Positions 53,904-64,000 of a stretch of 64,000 bases of DNA are shown one piece after another. Both the position numbers and the translations under genes were made by a program. Every line of letters begins with the position of its first letter. The first letter of the stretch is position 1. Source of the stretch: Lingula anatina (taxonomy: Eukaryota; Animalia; Brachiopoda); the NCBI GenBank assembly GCA_051362555.1, contig CM120640.1:10540001-10604000 (forward strand), read 5' to 3'. Below the pieces are notes generated by a model that ran no database searches, was not told the origin of the DNA, and worked only from the letters and a program-made list of their open reading frames with translations.

Positions 53904-56064
53904 ATGTTTATGCGATCTTTACTTATCTCAACACTAGCTCTAGCTGTAGCTGTAGAATTGGGCCTTTTAATGGGCACCAACTGCCAAAATCCTACCCAGT
54001 GGCAACCAGTCTGTCCATTCGAATGTGTCTGTTTTTGGGGTTTTAGCTTTAATGGCAAAGTCCTAAATGGCACGTACATGAATTGTACGTCTATTCGCCA
54101 CGGGCCGTTTCCCGTGGGCGAGGTTCCAGAGGACACGATGATACTTGACCTGTCTTTCAATGAAATGAAAGAAATACCGCCAGGAGCGTTCGACAAGATA
54201 CTGTACCTGCAGGTATTTAAATGACGCATTTTGCATTGTTATTCAAACTAAACTCATCTTCTGTATGGAAAGTGACATCCATATGAATTGAATAAGATTT
54301 GTTACCAAAATGTTTAGGATGTTTTGTGTTCTGTAAATGGTTGTTGCGATACATGACATATATGTAGGCTTCTTAGCACAACATAAAAACTATACTCGGC
54401 CAAACCAGACTGGGTCAAGTAGAAGTTTGCTGTTTTTTATTTGGATGTGATAAGTGAAAAATAAACCTAGAAATATAATTTTGATGGCTGTACGACCATT
54501 TTCAGGGCATATGGCTTCAGGGTAACCAACTGTCAGAGACCTCAGTGAGCCAAGGGGTATTTGATCCACTAAAGTATTTAGACATTGTTGACCTATCATT
54601 TAACAACTTTACTCGGATTCCCCAGAGCTTGCCAGAAACTATCAAACATTGGTATTTTATCAGCAATAAGGTAGGTTTTCTTGTTATGCTTTCCAATATA
54701 GTTTTAAAATCATGGTCATTCACATTTGTAGTGTTCTAAACTGTATATCGTATGAAATATGTTTTTCCCAGCTCGCGGAAGATATGTCATTACTGTGCGA
54801 ATTAAACATTGACCACTGCATAATATTTCAACAATTCATCTTAATTTACAGATAAGCCACTTATCTAACACCGACCTCGAGAGGTACCCTAGTCTGAAAA
54901 TGCTCCAGTTAGCTGACAACAACATCACATATATTCCCGTCGGCTTTTTCGCTAAACAGACAGTTCTCTCAGTATTACAAATAACCGAAAATCTGCTCAC
55001 AAATGCTGGGATACCGCATGGATTATTTAAAGATGCGATTAGACTAACTACTTTAGAACTAAAATCAGATATGTTGACCCAAATTCCAAGTGGTTTGCCA
55101 GGAACCTTGCAAATCTTGGACCTTTCAACCAATGATATTGACCGTCTCTATCCCTGGGACTTTATAGGACTTTCACGTCTTGAAACTCTCGACTTGTACT
55201 CGAACAAAATATCCGTGATAGAAAATGGGGCACTTTCAGATCTGGTAAACCTAAGGACTTTGACTCTTTCTGAAAACCACCTGACGCATTTGAGTGAAGG
55301 GACTTTCAATGGGCTTGTCAACCTAGAGATATTGAACCTCTTCGGGAATAATCTGAAAACGATGTCTGAAAATATTTTTGTCCCTTTGCGAAACCTTGCC
55401 TCCGTGGACTTGGAATCCAACAGCCTTGAAACATTACAGTATGAGGTTAGTTGATGATACGTGTACAATGCCGTTAACGGTCCCAGTTTTAAAAAAGATT
55501 CATAATTACAGTTTAAGTTTTGTTTTCATTAATTTTTGACCTAGTCAGCACCTGCAATATTTGATAAAGATTTTAACCTTTTTCAAGTCTTCCCCAAGAA
55601 ATGTCCTGTAAAAATCACTTAATAAAATTGTCTATACGTGACCCAGACAGCAATTGTGTTAGCATTGCCATTTTCTTATCATTTATTTATTCATTATTGA
55701 AAGCCATGAACCCATGCATTCTGTAGATTTCCCCCCCCCCCCAAAAAAAAAAAAAAAAAAAAAAAACAAAACAAAACAAAGGACAATGAGTTAATTATCT
55801 CACCCGCACAACATTTGACCAAATGTTTAAACAATGCTTAAATCTACTATTCAGGTTTTGTACAATCCACCCTTCAAGAATTTGACTTCTCTGTTCATAT
55901 CGTCTAACCCGTGGAACTGCGATTGCCGCCTCAGATGGTTGCGTGCGCTGGTTGACCTGAAGCCTTATCTGCTGTTTCTTCCGGAATTGGTGAAATGTCT
56001 GCAGCCGCCATATTTGCAGAACTTGACATGGGACGTCTTGTTTCCAGAAGATTTTGTTTGCTAA
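53904..56064 (+). CDS. Secreted leucine-rich repeat protein, array copy 2 (~425 aa)
   Basis: Exons 53904-54212, 54506-54670, 54852-55445 and 55855-56064. Exons 2-4 have the same sizes (165, 594, 210 nt) as copy 1. Ends DFVC-stop. Confidence 0.9.
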
Positions 56065-56675
56065 ACTGATGGCAACACAAAAGAAGCTTGTTTGAATATT
56101 TTCCTTAATGGACTCATCCTTTAACAGAGCGCTTCAAAACAATCCATAAGAGCGTAGGTTTTCAATTAGCATGGATACCTGGTCCGGCATGAAAAACAGG
56201 AAAATAAAACGCACAGTGAATAGAAATAAAATTATGACTGTTGCAATTGGATTCTTTACTTAGTAATGTACATTAGGTCTCGAGGTGAATTCAATTTAAA
56301 ATTATCATAAAGGAGCATTGTAAAATGGTGTCTTATTTTAAACATCGTATATAACATTACATTTAGTTTTAATTGTTTAACCTATGTGGATTTCAAATGT
56401 AAACAAATGCCTTGTACTGTAGGTAATTGTACAAAGTACATATGGCCAACTAAGTATGTTGTTTATTTAGAACAGTCCATGGAATGATGAAGCTTAGGCT
56501 ACTGTACATTAGTCTTACGATAAAAGGTCAAATTCGATTCGATTATTACATATCTCAATGATAAGATACAATAGGCTTAATGTCTACAGGGTCATGGTTT
56601 CAAAATGTCAATATAACCCAGATTTTCAAAGTTATCTAAAGCAGAACGTCCAGCCCGCCGTTGCAAACAGTCAAA

Positions 56676-58725
56676 ATGATTCCGCGATCTTTATTTGTCT
56701 CAACGCTAGCTCTAGGGTTAGTTCTTTTAATAGGCATCAACTGCCAGAATCCTACCCATTGGTCGCCAGTCTGTCCTTACGAGTGCATTTGTTTTTGGGG
56801 TGCAAGCTTCGATCCGAATGTTTATAATGGAACATACATGAACTGTTCGTTTCGTAGACGTGGACCATTTCCTGTGGGCGAGGTTCCAGAAGATACCGTT
56901 ATACTTGATCTGTCTTTTAACGATTTGGAAGAAATACCGACAGGAGCGTTTGACAAGATACTCCATTTACAGGTAAAGTGACAAAAATTTTTTTTCCTAT
57001 TTTAATTGAGTTTTATGTTTTATTGGTACGATTTGTGATCTTTTATGTCTGTTATACACTAGTTCTACCTTCCTTTGCAACATATATGTTTTTTTAGTTT
57101 ACGGTTATTGTTTAACACCACACCGCCATATTCAGTATTATTTTTGTGTTTTTATTTTTGGTTTCTACTGAATTATTTTCAGGGTGTTTGGTTATTAGGA
57201 AACCAGCTATCCGAGACCAAAGTGAGCCAAGGGGTATTTGATCCGCTGACGCATTTAGATATAATTGATCTATCGCTTAATAACTTTACTGGAATTCCTC
57301 ATGATTTACCAGAAACTATCAAGCGGTGTAATTTTGACACCAATAAGGTACGTATTCTTGTTAAAATTTCCAAAATAATTTTCATAGTAAATTGATATTT
57401 GAGACTTAGTAAAAAATGTATTAACCATACAAGTTACGATTACAATTTAAGCTCAAAGTTCGTCCAGAGGAAGGTATACGGATCATTAATGTACGAAATA
57501 TACCTATACCTTTATATTTCATTCGTGTGACCGATCTCGATCTCTTCTTGCAGATAGAACATTTATCCAGCACCGACCTCGACAGATACCCTTTACTGGA
57601 AACCCTCCAGTTATCTAACAACAACATCACACATATTCCGGTCAGCTTTTTTGCTAAACAAACAGTCTTGTCAGTGCTACACATTTCTTCTAACCCGCTC
57701 TCTAGCATGGGGATTCCAAATGGCGTGTTCAAAGATGCTATTAGTCTAACCACTTTGGAACTTATATCAGATAAGTTAACTAGAATTCCAAGTGGTTTTC
57801 CGGAAACCCTACAAACCCTTGATCTGTCAAAAAATAACATTTACCGTCTCTATCCTGGGGACTTTGCAGGACATTCACGACTTGAATGGCTCGAGTTGTC
57901 CACTAATGAAATATCAGCAATAGACACTAGGGTATTTTCAAGTCTGATAAATCTGAAAAGTTTGGGCCTCGCTGATAACCATCTGCGTTATTTAAGTGAT
58001 GGAATGTTTGATGGACTTATCAACCTCGAGTCAATATTCTTGAATGGGAACAACATTGAAGTAATATCCGACAATGTTTTCGTTCCTTTGAGGAACCTTG
58101 CAACCATTGACTTAGGCTCTAACAACCTTAAAACATTACAGTATGAGGTAAGTTAACTGTTCGTTAAAATTTCCACATGGTAATTTTGTGATTTTACTAT
58201 CGGCTCCAATTCAAGGACAAACTGGACCGATCCTCGAAATAAAGTCAAAGCTTAAGGTTTAGTTCAGTTTAGATCTTGTTTTAAATCCAGACGTGCAATT
58301 TGCGATTGGCAAATGTGTATATGTATGTGGTTTATGGATTAACAATTGTAATGACTGAAAGGCAACCGTTGTGATATATGCACTTTCTTTTAAAAAGGCA
58401 AAACGTTTACCTGTCGCCCGATTTTTCTGTTGCTGTTAAATGTTAGAGAGCAGTGAATTATTGTTTCGTTTCGTTTTCAAATGTCAAATAAATATGTCAT
58501 TTTAATGTTTAGGTTTATTATAACCCACCCTTCAAGAATTTGACTTCGCTGTTCATATTGTCTAACCCTTGGAACTGCGATTGCCGCCTCAGATGGTTGC
58601 GTGCGCTGGTTGATCTGAAGCCTTACCTGCTGTTCATTCCGGAATTAGTGAAATGTGTGCAGCCGCCATATCTGCAGAACTTGTCATGGGACGTCTTGTT
58701 TCCAGAAGATTTTGTTTGCAAATGA
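56676..58725 (+). CDS. Secreted leucine-rich repeat protein, array copy 3 (~422 aa)
   Basis: Exons 56676-56972, 57183-57347, 57554-58147 and 58513-58725; intact frame. Confidence 0.9.
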
Positions 58726-59780
58726 CATGGCAAAAGAGGAGAAACTGGTTTGGGCATTTTCCTTACTGGCCTCTGTTTATAAAAAGGCGATTTAAAACAA
58801 TATATAAGAACTTAGGCTTTCAATAAGCATGGATACCTGGTCTGGCATGGAAAACAGAATACGTGCGACGAACAGTGGATGAAAATAAAATTGGTGGCTG
58901 TTATTATTTAATTTATTCCTTGAAGCACTACTATTTTCCTCAATTTATTCTCATCGTTCCATTTAGTATTTAATTATATTATTATATTCATATCCACAAG
59001 GATAGAACATTTTAATCAAAGTCCCTGTTTAATTAGCATTGCACAACCCATCTCTTGCGAACATAAGAACGCTATCTTTTTACTACACCCCTTGGTGATT
59101 GCAACTTCAGATAGATACGAGGTATGATGCCTGAAACTGAACTGCCAAGGGTCCCTCACCAATAAGTTTGAAGGGCAGTGCATATGCCTTTTTTTAATTA
59201 GAATTTTTTGTATATAAATTCGACAATAATAATGTATCAAATAATATAATACCACAGGTTAACTGATTGTATAAATTCTCAAAAAAAAAGTACGACCAAA
59301 AGATAAATTGTCAAAATAATAACATGTTTAAATGTAATACATCTTAAAGCATTTCAAAGGGTGACTCAAATTATTTTTTTAAATGTAATATACATAATTT
59401 TTGGGGTGAGTTAAGGAAATGACAATTTGCTTGCACCATTGTTCAAAGCATTATAATTCGAAATATCATGAGTCTCCGCGTGGTTAAAGTACTTTGAATG
59501 ATAGATCTACATGTATATGGCTTCAAAGATAAAACGATTAAAAGCCTGTATTGAAGTTATTGTGCAAAGCATCTTTGGTAACTAAGTGCGCTCTCTATTA
59601 ATTAACAGCAGTCCATGAAATGTTGAGGTTTTCATAAACATAAACCAAGGTCAAATTCGATCTGTTTATCTAATCGGATGCACTAAAGTTCGACAGTCAT
59701 TTGTGGAAGCAAGATAACCTAAATTTGCAAAGAGACCTAAAGCAATAGGTCGGTTTCGACGTTGAAAACAGTCTGGCAAA

Positions 59781-60313
59781 ATGATTCTCCGATCTTTATT
59801 TGTGTCAGCATTAGTTGTAGGGCTGGTTCTTTTAACAGGTACCGAATGCCAGAAACCTACCCCGTGGTCGCCAGTCTGCCCTTACGAATGTGTTTGTTTT
59901 TGGGGTGCCAGCATCGACGCCAAAGTTTTCAATGGAACGTATATGAACTGCACGTTCCGCAGACGTGGGCCGTTTCCAGTGGGGGAGGTTCCAGAGGATA
60001 CCGTTATACTTGATCTGTCTTTTAATGAAATGGGAGAAATACCAGCAGGGGCGTTTGACAAGATACTCCATCTACAGGTAGTTAACGGCATGATTAATAT
60101 TGCTTTTTTGATTAAATGCATAATCTGTCCAACAAATGACATTCATATAAACTGTATAATACTTTCTGTATTCTAATGTCAAAAATTAAGTAATATATGC
60201 CAAGTCGCAGACCTAGCCTACTTTGCAACAATTGTATGCTTATTGGGAACAGCCACCCCAACACAGTGAATGTTCCCTGTTTTCCATTTCGATTTGATTA
60301 TAGTGGGATAGAC

Positions 60314-60377
<64 letters not shown>

Positions 60378-62073
60378 CGACTTCTGTTGAATTATTTGCA
60401 GGGCGTTTGGCTTGAAGGAAACCACCTTTCTGATACCAAAGTGAGCCAGGGGGTATTTGACCCGCTGAAGTATCTACAGATTATTGATCTATCGTTTAAT
60501 GACTATACTCGTATTCCTCAGAATGTGCCAGAAACTATTAGGCGGTGGTATTTTGTCACCAATAAGGTACACAAACTTTCAGTGCTCTAAATTAGCCATT
60601 CAAAATAAATTGTTGTAAAAATGAATCAAATGAAAAACGGTTGTGAATACTAGCTCAAAGTTCGTCCAGGGGAAGTTTAATCTATCAATACGGCACGGAA
60701 TACACCTATACCTATACATAATATTTCGATAATTCACCTCTATTTGCAGATAACACATTTATCTAGCACCGACCTCGACAGATACCCTTTATTGGAGACC
60801 CTCCAGTTATCTAACAACAACATGACCTATATCCCTGTAGGCTTTTTTGCAAAACAGAAGCTTCTGTCAGTGTTACAAATCTCTTCAAATCCGCTCACCA
60901 GTGCTGGAACTCCGCATGGCGTGTTCAAAGACGCGATAAGTCTTAGCAGTTTGGAACTTAAATCGGATAAGTTGACTCGAATTCCAAGTGGTTTGCCGGA
61001 AAACCTGCAAACACTTGATCTTTCAACAAATAATATTGGCCGTCTCTATTCCAGCGACTTTGTAGGAATTTCACGCCTTGGAGACCTTGAGTTGTCCTCA
61101 AATGAAATATCAACAATAGGCACTAGGGTATTTTCAAGTCTGATAAACCTGAAAACTTTGGGTCTCTCTAATAACCATCTTACGCATTTAACTGACGGAA
61201 TGTTCGACGGGCTTGCCAGTCTTGGGGGGCTCGAGTTGTCCTCGAATGAAATATCAGCAATAGACACTGGGGTATTTTCAAGTCTGATAAACCTGAAAGA
61301 TTTGGGTCTCTCTAATAACCATCTCACGCATTTAAATGACGGAATGTTCGACGGACTTGCCAGCCTCGAGTCAATTTCCTTGTATGGAAATAAAGTGATT
61401 ATGATATCGGACAATGCCTTTGTCCCTTTGAGAAATCTTGCAACCATTGACTTGGACTCGAACAGTCTTGAAACTCTACAGTATGAGGTAAGTTAACGGT
61501 TCATTTAAATTGCAAATATGGTAATTGTGTCATGAGTTTCATTTTAGAAAGAATTGTAGGTCACCTTAAGAAACCGTATTTAGATCCCACTTCTTTAACA
61601 GGTCACCTTTAACATTTTTCTAATCCCGACATTTAATTTACGATAAAATCTTATTAACTTATGTAAAGCAGACGTATTAAATGAAATGGGTGACTGATAG
61701 AGAGTCATTATGACAATGCGTTATCTTTTAGAGTGTTAAACATTTACCTGTCATATTTTTTATTTGGTTGCTATTACCCATCAAAAAGAGCAGTGGGTTA
61801 TTTTACTTTCATCCAATTTCCGTTTCACAAAATGTTTAAGAAATCTAAAATTTAATTGCTCAGGTTTACTACAATCCACCCTTCAAGAATTTGACTTCGC
61901 TGTTCATATCGTCTAACCCGTGGAACTGCGATTGCCGCCTTAGATGGTTGCGTGAGCTGGTTGATCTAAAGCCTTATTTGCTGCTTCTTCCGGAATTTGT
62001 GAAATGTGTGCAACCACCATATTTGCAGAACTTGACATGGGACATCCTGTTTCCAGAAGATTTTGTTTGCTAA
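59781..62073 (+). CDS. Secreted leucine-rich repeat protein, array copy 4 (~469 aa; two extra LRRs)
   Basis: Exons 59781-60077, 60402-60566, 60750-61487 (738 nt = 594 + 144) and 61864-62073. Confidence 0.9.
60319..60374. repeat. Poly(A) tract (~56 nt) in intron 1 of LRR copy 4
   Basis: Homopolymer; the paralogous position in copy 5 (63680-63687) has only ~8 A. Confidence 0.9.
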
Positions 62074-63126
62074 TGACATGGAAACAGGAAGAAGCTGATT
62101 TGAATAGTTTCCTTGCTTGACTGTTTTATAAAAAACTGCTTCAAAACAATCTATAAGAACTTTGGCTTTCAATTAGCATGGACACCTGGTCTGGCGTGGA
62201 AAACAGAATACGTGCGACGAACAGTGCATGGAAATAAAATTGGTGGCTGTTATTTATTTATTCTTTGAAGTACTACTATTTTTCCTCAATTTATTCTCAT
62301 TGTTCCATGTGATATTTAATTATATTATTACTCATATCCACAAGGATAGAACATTTTAATCAAAATCCCTGTTTAAATAGCATTTCACAACCCATATCTT
62401 GCGACTATAAGAAAACTATTTACTTACCACCCCTTGGTGACTGCAACTGCATATAGATACGAGGTATGATGCCTGAAACTGAACTGCTATTTGTCCCTCA
62501 CCAATAAGTTTGAAGGGCAGTGCACATGCCTATTTTTTGTATGTAAATTCGACAATAATAATGCCAAGATTTTGGTATCAAATAACTTTCTATTTTCTAA
62601 TATAATACCATAGGTTAACTGATTGTATCAATTCTCAAAATGTACAACCAAAAAGATTAATTGTTAAAATAATAACATGTTTCAATGTAGTACATCTTAA
62701 AGGATTTCAAAAGGTGACTCGCATTATTTGTTTAAATATAATATACGTAATTTTTGGGGTGATTTAAGGAAATGACCATTGCTAGCACCATTGTTCAAAG
62801 AATTATTATTCCAAACTTCGTGAATCTCCTCGTGGTTAAAGTACTTTGAATGATAGGTCTATGTGGATTCAAAGATAAAGCGAGTAAAAAGCCTGTCTTG
62901 TAATTATTGCGCAAAGCATCTTTGGTAACTAAGTGCGCTCTCTATTAATTAACAGCAGTCCATGAAATGGCGAGGTTTTCATAAACATGATCAAGGTCAA
63001 ATTCGATTTGTTTATCTAATCGGATGCACTGAAGTTCGACAGTCATTTGTGGAAGCAAGATAACCTAGATTTGCAAAGATACCTAAAGCAACATTTCGGT
63101 TTCGACGTTGAAAACAGTCTGGCAAA

Positions 63127-63879
63127 ATGATTCTCCGATCTTTATTTGTGTCAGCATTAGTTGTAGGGCTGGTTCTTTTAACAGGAACCGACTGCCAGAC
63201 ACCTACCCCGTGGTCGCCAGTCTGTCCTTACGAGTGTGTTTGTGTTTGGGGTGCCAGCATCGACGCTAAAGTTTTCAATGGAACGTATATGAACTGCACT
63301 GTCCGCAGACGCGGGCCTTTTCCAGTGGGGGAGGTTCCAGAGGATACCGTTATACTTGATCTGTCTTTTAATGAAATGGGACAAATACCAACAGGGGCGT
63401 TCGACAAGATGCTCTATCTACAGGTAGTTAAACGGCATGATTAATATTGCTTTTTTGATTAAATTCATAATCTGTCCAAGAAATGAAATTCATATAAACT
63501 GTATAATATTTTCTGTATTCTAATGTCAAAAATTAAGTAATATATGGCAAATTGTAGACCTAGCCTACTTCGCAACATATTTGGTTATTCAATTGCATGA
63601 TTATTGGTAACAGCCACCCCAACACAGTGAATATTCCCTGTTTTCCATTTCAATTTGATTATAGTGGGATAGACAGAGCAAAAAAAATCTCGACTTCTGT
63701 TGAATTATTTGCAGGGCGTTTGGCTTCAAGGAAACCACCTTTCTGATACCAAAGTGAGCCAGGGGGTATTTGATCCGCTGAAGTATCTACAGATTATTGA
63801 TCTATCGTTTAATGACTATACTCGTATTCCTCAGAATGTGCCAGAAACTATTAAGCAGTGGCATTTTGTCACCAATAAG
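63127..63879 (+). CDS. Secreted leucine-rich repeat protein, array copy 5 (partial; continues beyond right edge)
   Basis: Exons 63127-63423 and 63715-63879, highly similar to copy 4 including introns and upstream DNA. Confidence 0.88.
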
Positions 63880-64000
63880 GTACGTAAACTTGCAGTGCTC
63901 TAAATTAGCTATTCAAAATGAATTGTTGAAAAATGAATTAAACAAGACACGGTTGTGAATACTAGCTCAAAGTTCGTCCGGTGGAAGTTTAACCTATCAT

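Noticed and set aside
51768-63384. Antisense ORFs over the LRR exons
   Set aside because: Expected by-products of LRR codon periodicity, repeated only because the sense genes are duplicated.
50569-64000. VLR-style somatic assembly locus
   Set aside because: Each fully visible copy is a complete gene. No incomplete germline gene, free LRR cassettes, recombination signals or stalk/GPI tail is visible in the window.

Overview
AT-rich, intron-rich animal genomic DNA, probably a mollusc or other lophotrochozoan (inferred from gene content and repeat types). All exon models were read by hand from GT-AG junctions and reading-frame continuity. From left to right: (1) the 5' part of MADD/AEX-3 (DENN-domain Rab3/Rab27 GEF, minus strand, runs off the left edge); (2) a 6-exon isopentenyl phosphate kinase (IPK)-like gene, head-to-head with MADD; (3) MFSD5 with a single coding exon (minus); (4) METTL1 tRNA m7G46 methyltransferase, head-to-head with MFSD5; (5) a RIM/Piccolo-family (Fife-like) active-zone gene with Zn finger, PDZ, C2A and C2B domains (minus); (6) a tandem array of at least five 4-exon genes for secreted LRRNT-LRR-LRRCT proteins, running off the right edge. 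The most promising candidate new system is the LRR array. It shows recent duplication, LRR-number variation, substitutions concentrated on the concave face and a shared DR1/GATA promoter module. The animal IPK is the second candidate. Several MITEs, foldback palindromes and a Helentron-associated-type repeat lie in introns and intergenic DNA. No prokaryotic features, CRISPR arrays or RNA genes were recognised.
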